From: Chlorokybus atmophyticus
Lineage: Eukaryota > Plantae > Mesostigma and Chlorokybus algae
Direction of reading: 5' to 3'
Assembly: GCA_009103225.1 (NCBI GenBank)
Contig: RHPI01001202.1
Coordinates: 57,206 to 121,205, forward strand
Length of the DNA stretch: 64,000 bases
Every line of letters begins with the position of its first letter. Position 1 is the first letter of the stretch. Position numbers and translations under genes: made by a program. Under the pieces are notes generated by a model, which was not told where the DNA came from, did no database searches, and worked only from the letters and a program-made list of their open reading frames with translations. Shown here piece after piece: positions 1-12,214 of this stretch.

Positions 1-72
<72 letters not shown>

Positions 73-205
73 GCTCTCGCTCGCTCGCGCTCTCGCTCTC
101 TCTCTCTCTCTCTCGCTCTCGCTCTCTCGCTCTCGCTCTCGCTCTCGCTCGCTCGCTCGCTCGCTCTCTCGCGCTCTCGATCTCGCTCTCGCTCTCGCTC
201 TCGCT
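1..205. repeat. (CT)n microsatellite grading into (CTCG)n/(CTCTCG)n, inside a fibrillin intron
   Basis: Directly visible dinucleotide run at the window start. Confidence 0.95.
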
Positions 206-253
206 GTAGACCTGCAGACACTGGGCTTCTGCTTCTTATGACGGTTTGTGCAG

Positions 254-692
254 GTTACAGCTGACCTCACGCCCACATCCGACAGCGCAGTGGCAGTCAA
301 GTTTGATGTGTTCAAGATATTTGGCCTGGTATCTACTTATCGTTGCTGTTGTTTAGTTCATCATTGTTCTTTTGATGCTTAAATAGTGCAGCATCTGTGA
401 GAGTTGCGCTCGCATCAGGCTGCAGGCTAGGTGGTTCACATTGCTTTTGCGTCCTGCAGATTTCGTTTAAGGCCCCGGATAGTGCTCGAGGTTCACTTGA
501 CATCACGTATGTCGACGAAGACTTGCGGTGAGTGTTGCAAATACACATGCACATGTGCAATCAAATTTGTGGCATAGCATGATGTGCTGCTTCATATGTG
601 TGCATAACCTTGCTAGGATATCAAGAGGAGACAAAGGCAACCTTTTCATCTTGGACATGGTGGACGCCGACGCCACTCTTCCCAAGTTATAA
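254..692 (+). CDS. FBN3: Plastid-lipid-associated protein (PAP/fibrillin, FBN3-like), last three exons (254-328, 460-527, 617-692); 5' part lies outside the window
   Basis: GT-AG spliced translation VTADLTPTSDSAVAVKFDVFKIFGL|ISFKAPDSARGSLDITYVDEDLR|ISRGDKGNLFILDMVDADATLPKL* matches the fibrillin C-terminal lipocalin-like motif (LxITYxDxxLRISRGxxGNLFIL). Not in the ORF track. Confidence 0.9.
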
Positions 693-2239
693 GCTGGCGA
701 CAAGCCCTCTCGGCGTTTGTACTCTATGTCATTTCCATTTACATTCTTGGACGCGTTGACTTAACCACGCATTCACATTGATTGCCTCTTGTTTCCAATT
801 GAGTGAATTTGTGTTGTCTTCTATGGGCGCGATGGACTTCGGCATGTATGCTTTTACATGCACTTGACGCGTGATGATATGCATGCCCGCAACAGCATGG
901 ATTGTTCACATCTTTGTATTGCGAAGTGATGTACTGGCATGTTATTCTGCACATAAGTTGAGTAGACGTATGTATCAAGTTGGCGTCGTGTTGCAGTGTA
1001 CATCGATAACAACAACACAAAACACACCCCAAGCCATGTAATGCTACGCAGGCAGTCCTGCTTGTTTGTGCATCTACCATACACCGTCACACTTGTCTTG
1101 TCATCACCATTGTCATGTCGTATGTGTGAGCGTGTGCGTATGTTGATGTGTGAGTGAGCAGGCAGTTTACACGCAGTAAAGTATTGCCCAGCTTTACAAT
1201 GTAGCAGTGAGACAGTTACCGCATGCAGCCATTCCAACACATGCTATGCAAGTCGCACATGCACACGTATGCTCTCACTCTCACAGCAAGTGGAAGTGTG
1301 GGCGCGAGTCTGTATGAGAGTGTGTTAGTACATATGAGTGTTCGTGCGTGCATGCATGCGTGTGCACACGCGGGTATGTGTTGTGTTTGTGCGCGCTCTT
1401 ACACAAAGCACATAGTGCGAGCTCCCCTTGAACGCGCGCACCTGTACGAGCGAGCGTGCTTGTGCGTGTGTGTGTGCGCCTACATAGTATGTTTGGTGCG
1501 CGCATGCATGCACGTGTACGGACGAGAGCATGCCATAGCAACCAAGCGAGCGTGTACGCATGCATGCGTACAGGCAGTCAGTAATGGTGCGAAGGGCATC
1601 ACCAATACTGCAGCCCAAGCGGGTTCCTGAGAGGTCGACTGCCGCCTGCCTGCTCCCTACGCACTTGTGCATCCAAGGCAGTACCTCCACATGGTCGCAG
1701 GAAAAGGTGCAGTTAGCTTGCCCGCACGTGCTTGCAGTCCACACCGAGCCTGTCCGAGTAGGAGTCAGTGCGACATGTGCGCGCGCGTGCAAAGGGCACC
1801 CGCAGTAGCGCACGCGGTACTCTCTGACCCAAACACCAGACCAACGGCAGGTAGAAGTAGACCAAGTGCATACGCGTTGGTTTGCACAGGGGCACCCGTG
1901 AAAGGTCAGACGTGTGCTTGCCTTTTTATGTACCAGACTTGACGTAGACAATGAGCGCACGAAGGCTTGAGCATCGATGCAAACGTTGTGAGAGTTACAG
2001 TCTTTGATACTATGTTGAGGAAAAGTTTGATCCTGCCCCAGGCAATGCTCGCTGCCAACAGCTTGGCTCATACGGCTTTGTGTGTGTGCGCACACACACA
2101 CAGAGTCAAGCGCTACTCTCTTTAACTTCTGCTACAGGATAGTAAGAGTAGCTGCCACGCACCAAGTGTATCTGTGGCTATGCACTCATCCCTTGCGTAC
2201 CATGCACATCCATTGTCCATAGAACCCCTGTCCCCTGCA

Positions 2240-2317
2240 CTCCTTAGGTTGTATTTGATTTGAACCAACGACCCGACGGTTAACAGCCGTCTGCTCTGAC
2301 CCCTGAGTTACTAAGGA
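2240..2317 (-). pseudogene. trnN: Organelle/bacterial-type tRNA-Asn(GTT) pseudogene (probable NUMT/NUPT)
   Basis: The minus strand folds with acceptor stem TCCTTAG/CTAAGGA plus discriminator G and anticodon arm GACGG-CT-GTT-AA-CCGTC. The T arm GTTGG-TTCAAAT is disrupted by a 5-nt insertion (CAAATCAAATA) and there is a D-stem mismatch. Confidence 0.8.
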
Positions 2318-3104
2318 TGGTGTATTTGCTGCTTGCAGCGGTCAATGAAACAACGACTAATCCTACAATTAATATTATTCTTGAATGGGGTTGGTACAAC
2401 TTCGCAACTTGTGCACCTTGGTCATCGTCAACTTCGTTAACCAAGGTACCTTGTTATGTATTACCTTCTATTTCCTATTTTCGAAAACCCTCTTTGTTTA
2501 ATAATGGTTCTTAAAAACAATTGTTTGTTATTGACCTTCCCTAACTAATTACCTTTCTCGAGAGTATCTAGCATTTTACTACATGTAGCTGATTGAGAGG
2601 CAAAGCGTAAGGTTGTGTGTCTTGAGTGTTGTTATGCATTACCGTAATGCATATATGGCCCACGTTCATATACGCCCACATTTGCGCACACCAACTCGTA
2701 TGTGCCGACTCCAGCATGCGCGCTCAATCGCACATGCGGACACACCCACACGCACACATCTAAGCCACACAAACAGGCTCAATGCCTGCAGTTATCTCAG
2801 CTAATTAGATAGAGCTATAGAATATAGAATGTTGACGCCAATTTCACGAAAACGCGCCATGCCAACCTCCTCTGAGCATGTCGGTGGCTGCTCCAGCAGT
2901 CAATGACACAAAGCAATCTATGCTGGCTTATAGATCAGCATTTGCATGGCCATCGTGCTGCAGCACCCGCTGCGGTCACATGCGTGGGTACATGCACACG
3001 TTGACACGCACGAGCATGCGCGCGTGCCTAGACAGGGACAGGCGTTCGTGTCTACACAAACTGTACTGCTTGGGTGCATACAGTGTCATTCGTAGCACCA
3101 CTTG

Positions 3105-4900
3105 GCTTCGCTGTCTTCGTTGGAATTGATCCTGGTAGAGACGTGAGGCACAAGTCCATCGTGCCTGTGTACTTGTTTCTTAATAAAGAAGACAAAGAGC
3201 TGCCCTCACTGTCTGTGCTTTCCCTCAAATCAATAGTGCAATCACTTGTTGTTGACAAACACTTACTTGTAATTGATAGCAAGGCCATAGTATGCGACGT
3301 ATGCGTGTGAACACGTGCATTTGACTGGATATGCAGTCATGGGTATATCGGACTAGACCATGGTGGTTGCAGTACTTTGCGCACAGTAGGTGAGTATTTC
3401 AGTTCATTCAACCAACCAACATTTGCATGATGATGCAGGTACTTTTGCGGCAATGGTGCATGCGCTCGCATATGCGTCTGGCGTGTGTGCTGCGCGCATG
3501 TGCGCGTATGTGCGCGTGTGTGTTTGCGTGTGTGCGCACGTGCGCCTTGAGAGGGAGAGGTCCTCCCACTCCCACCTTCAGGATATGTGATGACGGCGGT
3601 GCCACAACCTGTGTTGTGGTGTACCATTGTTTGCTCTGTAGTATCACACTGTCATCATCATCTGTAAGAGCCAGCAACCTTCCCGTAATCTGGATTATGC
3701 TGCTACTCGGCCAGCATTGTTTCAACGCTAGTGGACTGTGCTGGTGCGGGTATAAAGTACAAATCAAAGGTGCTATTGGTAGTGTATGGGTAGTTGTTGT
3801 TTCAAGCCGATGGTGTGGCACAATGGCTGCGGACAGGTACCGTGTACCGTGTACACAAAAGATGTATGTTGGCGTAAATGAGGGTTGCGTTGTCCGCCAG
3901 CTCGCCCTGTGCACACTGTGACCTGCGCCACGTGCAGGTGATTGACTAACATGCATGCCGCTATGACTAACAGGTTAAGTAGATAGCGTGTTTGGGTTAA
4001 GGTTGTGAACAGCCCGATGGTCAGCTAGTGATATGATGTGAGTGGTGAACTTGGGTGTGGCATGCGCTTGACACTATACATGACAATGCATGTGTGCGAA
4101 ACTTTGCATGCTACTAATTCAGGGCACTACCTCTGATAAAAAAAATCGCAAGACACGTATGCCTGGCAGAGTAAAAGCCTAGCGAATGTTCAGACTTTGC
4201 ACGGTTGCTGTGTACAAAGAATGCAGCCGTGATGTTTGCCACTCATCACGGTACTACGCAAAGGAGCTGCTTGCAGTTTGTGACGTTGTGCTGGGCCGCC
4301 CAAAGCCTTTGACAATGCTCACAATGCAGCGTAATTAATGCGGGTGCAATACGTTGTGCACTGTTGCAGTGTGGTGGACTTCAGGTTGAAATCATAAGGG
4401 ATAGCTCTGAGCCCAGCCAGAGCGGGCAAACTGCGGGCAAAGCAGCGGCAACTCAGCTGTTGATGACACTAACTGAGCAGAGGCAGATTGGGGGCACGCA
4501 TGCACAGCGTGCTGGTAGCAAGCATGCGAGTACAAACCGCCAGATTTACACATACTTGCTAATGCTGATGCTGATGCTGATGCTGATTCACAGCAACAAG
4601 TGTGAATATGGCACTTTGTGTCAGCTTGCGGTAAGTAGGTCTCGCAAGCCCTTGTGTACCACCAGAATGCCACATACTCTTGGTTACCCGTCTCAACGAA
4701 CCAGCACATATGGTAATAGTTACGACCGCAGTGCCTCTTGTTTGACTTGCTTGCCGTCGCTTAGCAATCCTGGAGGATGAAGATGGACATGTACCTGCAC
4801 GACCAGCAGGGCAACATACCACAACTGATGACATCGCTCGACGGTAAGCTTGGTTTGATACTGTCTTATCGCGCAGCTTGCCATGCTAGCCTTGTCCAGC
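3105..4900 (+). CDS. Possible uncharacterised multi-exon gene (boundaries uncertain)
   Basis: Strong plus-strand donors (GTGAGT 3390, GTAAGT 4631, GTAAGC 4844) and an open exon 3105-3299 (VSFVAPLGFAVFVGIDPGRD...LLVIDSKAIVCD). No family recognised and no complete model could be built. Confidence 0.3.
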
Positions 4901-7900
4901 GTGCTGCTCCCTGCTAGACTTTGGCACTGCGAATATGGATGTCCCCGGTGTGATTGCCGTGACAGCCGGCGCAATGCAATAGTACTCTGAGAAGTCCAAC
5001 CGAAATGCGAGGAACTTGAGGTCCACCGAGGACTGCGTCGCGAGCCGCGATAGAAACCCTTCTAGCAGCGACACGTACTCGCTGGCGACGGCGTCGAGCT
5101 GCGAGTGCACCATTCGCACAAAGTCCTCGGGCACGCCGACGTTGGACGAGGCGTGCGTGTCGGCGGTGCTTCTCCCCCACTTGCCGGCGAGGGCGGCGGG
5201 CTGTTCGGCGATGCGGAGCATGAGGTCGCGGCGGGCGGAGGTATCGCGGACGGTCTCGTAGATGCGGTCGGCGAGGCCCTTAAAGCGGAGGATGAGGTCA
5301 AAGAGCTTGGCGAGCTGCTTGTACATGCCATGCGAGGACTCGACGAGGAGGGCCTTCTCGAGGATGGTCTGGAGGTACTTGTCGTGCGCCGTGATGAGGG
5401 CGTCGAGGTCCTTGGCAGCCTCCATCTCGCGCAGAAAGTCCGCCCATGAGCACTCGAGCACCTCCCACATGATGTAGTACTGCAGGTTGGAGATGAGGTG
5501 GTTCATCTCGTTGCGGAGGGTGTGGCAGCGGCGGAGCTCCAGGGCCAGAGTGGTTCCGCCGCCCTGCTGCTGCTTTTTGCTCACAGCGGGGCCAAACTCG
5601 CCGTGATGCAGGCTGTTAGGCTTCATGGTCTGCCAGCTGGCGTTGAGGACGTGCTCCACGCGCTTAAGCCTCCACAGGAAGTTGAAGGCGCGCAAGTACT
5701 TGTTCATGACCTCCTGCGTGAAGACGGTGCTGAGGGGTGAGTCCACGACATACTCCAAAGAGAACACGTCCCACCCCACGTCTCCGCTGCCGTGATCCAT
5801 CAGCTTCACCCGCAGCCGGTTTAGCACGTCCGAGTCGTCGTACTGCGCGTTGCTCGCGCGAATCGCCGCCTCCAGCGTGCTCGCCAGCTTGAACGCCGAT
5901 ATTGAGTGCGCCGGCTCGTTCAGGTCCGGCCCGACCAGGTCCATCAGGTTCTGTATAAAGTCGCCCTGCCCGAGAAGCAGATACCGCTTGATGGCCAGGC
6001 AATGATGCTGCAATCGAAACTTTCCAAACAACATCTCGAGCAGCCTGCGATCAGTATGAGCCGCAGCTTCATCCACCACCGTCTCGAGCGCCGTCGTCTG
6101 GCCATAGATCAAGCCTGACGTTGATGCTGAGGAAATGATATCATCTCTGGAAGAAGAAGAAGAAGCTACTCCGCTCCCTGCCCACCCTTCATCCTGGCAA
6201 CATCTCCGCAGAAAGTTAATCGACTTGCCGATGCGCAGGATGCGGTGGGCGAGGCTCTCCGGAATGAACGCCGGCAGCATCGGGGCCTCCACGTGGTAGC
6301 GGTGCCGCCACAGGTCGGTCTCGCTCACGGATGGGTCCGCCACAACAAAGAACTCGCCATAAGGGTCGATTAGCTCCCCCTCAAACACCCAAGATCGAAC
6401 CATATCAAACAACGGGGCACACACCTGTTGCACAACACCATCTGTTCAGTTGAACACAAAGTCCAACACCACTACCGATCGTGCAGTGGTAGTGAGGCCT
6501 GACCTGACGCAGCAGTTGCGTGACAAACGAATGCACGACGGGGTCGCCATGTTGGGCGTGGGCGTGTATGGCTGAGGCGAGGGCGCCGCCCATCTTGCCT
6601 CGGGTGCTGTCGACGAGGACGGCCATGATGCGCATGCGAAGCGACCCGTCGGTGAGCCAGACCACGAGCCGCCTCAGGGAGAGGTAGTGGCCTCCGCCTC
6701 CCTGGCCATCGACGTGGCCATTGGCGTCGCTAACAGGGAGGCCCACAACGGGCGCCTTCACCTGCGCCTGCGCCTCCAACACCGCCATTAACCGGTAGAA
6801 CTCCGCCAGCTCGCCCTGCAATGCTGAGCAGAAGCTCTGGCCCACCGCCCCCACCGCCTCTACTGGCCCCGTTTCCACGCTGTGCAAGTCAGTTGCTCAA
6901 ACACAAACTCTACTCTCCTGTTCTGACTGTAGCTGGCTTTGCTGCAAAAAGTCGTACCTGCTGACTATGTGGGCTCGAACGCGTTTGTACAGCCACCCAA
7001 GCTCACATATTCGTCTAAGGAGCTCCCGTGTCGGCCGTGCCACCCCAACCTTGGGATCCACAATGTACCCATCGGCGTTGTTATCAAAGCGGATGTACTT
7101 GCCGTCTATGCCTTGACAAGCATATAACACGTCCCGCACGAGCGCAGACTCGGGCACCTGCATGTCATCACGCACGTGCTTCCAGTCAATCCATGCAATC
7201 TTGCTGCTTGTTGCTTGCAAGGCAACAACATACACCCACAACAAACCTGAGAGTCTGTGCGTTCACATTCGGCATACTTTCTGTGGGCGGCAACTTTGGG
7301 GTCGTTGGAGATGACTGTGAGAGCAGCATCACCATTGCTGGCGATGCGCGCCTTGTGGTTGGCCGAGATTGCATCCGTGTTGCGATAATGACTGCTGCCA
7401 TTGACTGCTGTCGGGATGGACGGCAGGGCTCCGGTTGCTGCCGATGCGAGCATGGAAGAGAATGTTGCTGCCGCTGAGCCCGATGGCTCACGCGTTCGAT
7501 CATCTGCTAACGCATTTAGCAGATGGAGCAAAGCCCATTTCTCCCTCAGACCCGGCTGCTGAGCCAACCTCCTGCAAATGTGCACACCATCAGCCGCGTG
7601 ACATACAAGTACAACATAATCACGCAGGAGACGCTACAAAGCTGTTTATAGCCTTTTGGACAAACCAAAACACAAACTGGGCACCTGTGAAGCTCAGCGA
7701 AAGTCAGAGCATCGGCGGTTCTGTTTTGCTGCTGCGCCAGACGCCGTTTGATAGCGTCCGCCACACCGTTCTCGTCACCCGATACGGACGGCGCAATCCT
7801 GCTGCCAATGATGCGCATCGCATACCTGAGGCAAACAGCAGGCATACGTTATGGACACCCACATGTACATATGCATGCATTGCTTTTGAAACTGCACACA

Positions 7901-8652
7901 ACAGGGAAGCCCTCCAATCCCCAAGCATACAGGCAACAAAGCCCGGCACGTTGTGACGTTGTCACCCTGAGGTGGAAATGCGCTAGACAAAGGACACATG
8001 CGCGTTATTTCTAACTGCTTTCAAAAGAAGGGGTCTTCTATTGATAAATGCATGCACCACTAGATCACAGATATGAACTTGTGGCTAGCATGAATATGAC
8101 TGTGAAAAATAATGCAAAGTTGTTTGCTGGTTACCACACAGCTGTGTTGGGCACCGATTATGCCTACAAACATCTTTGCCTTACAATGTCCTTCTCACAA
8201 GCAACTATGGTTAAGTGGTAGTGTGCGCTGCGTCTAACCCTCATGCAATTGGGATAAAGAGCCATGCATTGGCGAGCACACAAAAATTGCTCTTGGCGTA
8301 GAGTTTCTACTTTGCTTTGTAGATGTGTCGAAGCAGCTGTGGAATCTGTTTGTTTATTTCTACAAACACGAGCAAGCAGCCTGCAAGATAGCTGATGTCG
8401 ACTCAAGCATATGCGACTGCTGGATTGAAAATGGATTGTCGCGCGTAAAAAGCAGCTGGAAGACTGTAAACAGTAGCTGTGTGAACCCGTCTGGGCAGGC
8501 TACCTGTACGCCTTGTCGACAACCGCATCCGCGTGCTCGTCATCGCCGTAATCCGCAAGTGAGGAGCGAGGTGAAGGCTGGCTACCTCCAGGCCAGCCCA
8601 GCAGGCGGCGCACCAGCCTGCGCACCAGCTCCGCCACACTGTCTGGATCCAT
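4886..8652 (-). CDS. GCP3: Gamma-tubulin complex component 3 (GCP3/Spc98)
   Basis: Exon 1 MDPDSVAELVRRLVRRLL...VVDKAYR (8652-8504) splices in phase to YAMRIIGSRIAPS...DALTFAELH. Further exons include LVRDVLYACQGIDGKYI and LQGELAEFYRLMAVLEAQ. The 1.5-kb terminal exon has AIKRYLLLGQGDF, GWDVFSLEY and FLAFRLDFSEYY, all diagnostic of GCP3. Confidence 0.95.
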
Positions 8653-9043
8653 CGCGCCGGCAGCGTCAGCAACATTCACCTCAAGTCAACCTGCGTCTGC
8701 ATGGTGACGGCGATGACCACGACCACCCCAACCACCAAGACGGCAGCCACGCCCAAAACCCTAACAACCCGCCTTTCCGCCTTCTGAGCACAGCGTTAAA
8801 CCTGCCCTGGACTTGGCTTCGCCATGATATCGACCACCAGGCTAGGTATCCCGGAGTCGCAGTCTCAGGCCAGCGCCCCGACTATCCGTCCGTACCAGGC
8901 CAGGCGCAGAGTACCAGGCCGGCGCAAGCCGTTTGCGAGTCCCGCTGCTGAGTTTGAAAAGGGCGCGAAATTACGTGCACCTGCACCCGGATAGCATTTG
9001 ATGACAACACGACCCATGAGTTATACCCACATTGCTTACCATA

Positions 9044-9107
9044 CCAGGTATTAATACCTGGCTAGAGAGTCTGGCAGTCTGACCCAGACTGCCAGACTGA
9101 GTCTAGC
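9044..9107. other. 18-bp perfect palindrome abutting a 14-bp-stem hairpin
   Basis: CCAGGTATTAATACCTGG (9044-9061); AGTCTGGCAGTCTG-ACC-CAGACTGCCAGACT (9068-9098) with outer GCTAGA/TCTAGC pairing. Confidence 0.85.
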
Positions 9108-9439
9108 GTTATCTATTTCAATAACATATGCAAGTAAAGATGAACGTGTGAATGTGTCATAAACGTAATTTTGCAATCATGATTACATGCTCATTTTGTT
9201 TGAATACTCGCAAGAAATCAATTATAAATTAACAAAAAAATGCAATCTTATTCGATTTGCAGCCCCGTCTTGCTAATGCTGCTTGCTGGGTGAATGATGC
9301 TAGACACCCGCACAAAGCATCTAGCTATAATTTATGCACGACAATAAGGTTTTCATGTATGCGTTTGTCGTACACCGTAGTGTTGTAAATATAAAATCTT
9401 TGTCGCGCATTGGTCAAAAAATGTTTTTGGATTGTTAAA

Positions 9440-10990
9440 TCCTCACAAATATCGTCGCCAATTTGACACGGTGACTGATAAGGGACTGAGGGACTGACGG
9501 GTCCTTGACTCTGCCTGACCCTACCTGACGTAACGGATTGGTCTATAAAGGGACTTTTTATGACGGCCGTTACTATCAAGCAACATATACAACGGCAAGC
9601 GGTCGACCAATAAGTACAATCGACGGCGGCCTGCCTGTGACGGCAAAACCGCACTTTAAGGTGATGGCCGATTGTCGGTCATCCCATTTGCGCGATGGCG
9701 ACCTATCTGTATAGCAGATAAGTCACGTTTTGGTCACATACAGTGACGGCCGAACGTCGGTCGTACCCTGACCGTCGAAAAGTATGCACAACGGCCTGCC
9801 TATTTTGGCAAGCCAGTCACCGTTAGTCCCTATGAGGTGACCTTACCGTGTTTATAAAGTGACGGACGATCGCCGTTTGTACACTTAACGGCGGCGGCGA
9901 CCTACTTATTGTGTGTCAAGTATGATAAGCAAGTGACCGTCGGTCCTTAAAGGTCGGCAAGTCGGGACGGTGGTACCGGCCGGCAAGTCGAGACGCTGGT
10001 GCAATGCAGCCGCCGTACTATGTCAATGGTACGAACAGTGTCGCAATGGCACTATCGTACCATTATAAATATACGATAATGCCGTCGCGAGTCATGTTTC
10101 GACAACGCGTTTGAATAACTTGGGCTGCCCAAGTTATTTAAACGCTCAACGGCTTCAAGTTGAACAGAGCGTTGTGGGCGGCGGCGGCGGCGGCAACGGC
10201 TAACAGTATGTGAGCTTGGTTGATGTCTGACGTTGTACTACGCGCAACACCGCATGCCATCTAACCACCCTCCTTGCCTTAGGGCGGCCAGGCCAGACCA
10301 GGCCAGGCGGCGGCAGCAGCGGCGGAGAAAGGAACGGCGGCGGCGGAGCTGGTGCGGGCGGTGCAGGAGCCGCAGCTCAGTACAAGGGTAGTACTAGCAG
10401 TAGTACCTAAGGTAATAGTAGCGGTAGAGGTAGTGGTAGCAGTAGTGGTAGTCTAGTTGTACTAGCAGTAGTAGTAGTAGCTAAATATATATTATATTAC
10501 ATTGTAATCTATTCACTTTTTATTATTTGTCACGCATTCTTGCACAGCTGATGGCGACAATCACGTGTGACATGTAATTATGACTGAGTGGTACCAGCAG
10601 GTACCTTTGAAGGTACACATCATCAACGGTAGGTACCTGACAATTTCGCTCAGTTAGCGCACAGTCGCCGGTACCTAACTGATAGGTATTAGTCAGTTAC
10701 CTGTTAGTTAGGTCAAGTCCCCTTTGCTTAACTGTTGAGTACCTGACAGGTACCTATTAATTAGGGTCAGTCCCTTTACGCAGACGGCCGTTATGCTCAG
10801 GTCCCTGTATCGAGATCGCCTGTAGACTGAAGGTCGACAGTCTTAATGAATATCTTCAGGTGCACGGCCGTTGCCAATATTTGGTCGGCCGGCAGGAGAC
10901 ACATTTTGCGACGATATGCGATTCGATGTTGTAATTTATTTTATATGACATAACAGATACATATAACTTCGTTGAAGCAACTTATAGTGT
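9440..10990. mobile_element. Candidate non-autonomous DNA-transposon relic with inverted subterminal motifs
   Basis: AGGGACT occurs on + near the left end (9480-9550) and AGTCCC on + near the right end (10715-10775). GACGGCCGTTA occurs at about 9562 and 10783, and ATATCGTCGC (9449) is inverted at about 10908-10917. No transposase and no clear TIR/TSD found. Confidence 0.35.
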
Positions 10991-11212
10991 ATGCACTGAT
11001 GTAATCCCCCCCCCTTCTTCGCATGCTCACACGGGGAAAGCCACACGCACTGGCGTTACCATCGTAGCTGCGCACCTTAGTGGTAATTATAAACCGTGAT
11101 CTTGACGCTGTTTAAACAAAGCCCTACCATGGTAATGATGATATCGGCCATATGCGTCGTCAATTCGCTTATAAGCACGACGCATATGCAAATCCTATCA
11201 TTGTATCCCCCC

Positions 11213-11249
11213 NNNNNNNNNNNNNNNNNNNNNNNNNNNNNNNNNNNNN
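11213..11249. other. Assembly gap (N run) flanked by poly-C
   Basis: Ns in the sequence. Confidence 1.
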
Positions 11250-12214
11250 CCCCTCCGCCCGACCATGCACCCACAATCACATGTGCGACCATCGCTACCA
11301 TTCGAATTAGCAAGCCTACTGCAGCGGGTTGTTCCGCTATAGCATCGGGCAGCCAATCATCAGATGGCAATTATGAAGACGACATTTGCAAGGTCAATTT
11401 ATTACTTCTATTAGCCTGTCATGCTTACGTTAACAGTTTTGATATCTGCATGTGCGTAATCACTACGCACACAAAACACACTACATGTTTCGCACTTGAG
11501 TCAAGTGCAAATTACATACTTCACATATAAAATGTAAAGTACGTGAAGAAACGTTGCTTTGCAATATGCGATATAAATATTAATATCATCACATATAATG
11601 TTTTATATTTATGGTGCATGCGCACCCCATCATTCACATATATATACAATACGTGGGTACATTATACAGCAGCTGCAAGAAGACAATGCCATAACGGTTT
11701 TGCCAATGGCATGCAATGACTACATTTGCATGTATTCATGTAAGCACACCGAATTCTACCAATGCAACATCACGCAATGGAATACAGTATTACACTCGCA
11801 TAATAACTTTAATCACGTGAGTGTACATGTGAAACTTTATATTAATTTTAATGAGAGGCTCATGCTTCCATTAAAAGCATCACAAATATCTGTATCGTCT
11901 ACACACAACGGACATTGTTACACTATATTAATTCATTGCTGTTTAGCTTAAACAAGTTATTCAATCACTCGTAGTTACAAAACTTAGACAATTATATATG
12001 TAGATTGTCGTGGCATGAAGTTTGTAATCCCAAGATCATTGAACAAAAGTATGCATCGCTTGAAGTAATGTATACGACAACTTGTTAAACGTTGGATTTT
12101 GTCTGCAATTAAGGACTTGTCAAGTGGCATCCGCAATTTTCAGTTAGAATACTGAACAAGTAATGTACGTAGCTTAAACTGACATGGGAGTATTGTCAAT
12201 GCCATGCGCCCTGT

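Noticed and set aside
1573-1700. In-frame TGA in an exon-like segment (possible selenocysteine)
   Set aside because: No redox CxxU/UxxC context, no recognisable selenoprotein family or SECIS, and the exon itself is unsupported.
3105-3299. VGIDPG as a TnpB/Fanzor or RuvC nuclease
   Set aside because: No further RuvC motifs, zinc finger or transposon ends found; a 6-residue match is not enough.
8325-8951. 208-aa plus-strand ORF
   Set aside because: Antisense shadow of GC-rich GCP3 exon 1 and its upstream region; no recognisable domain.
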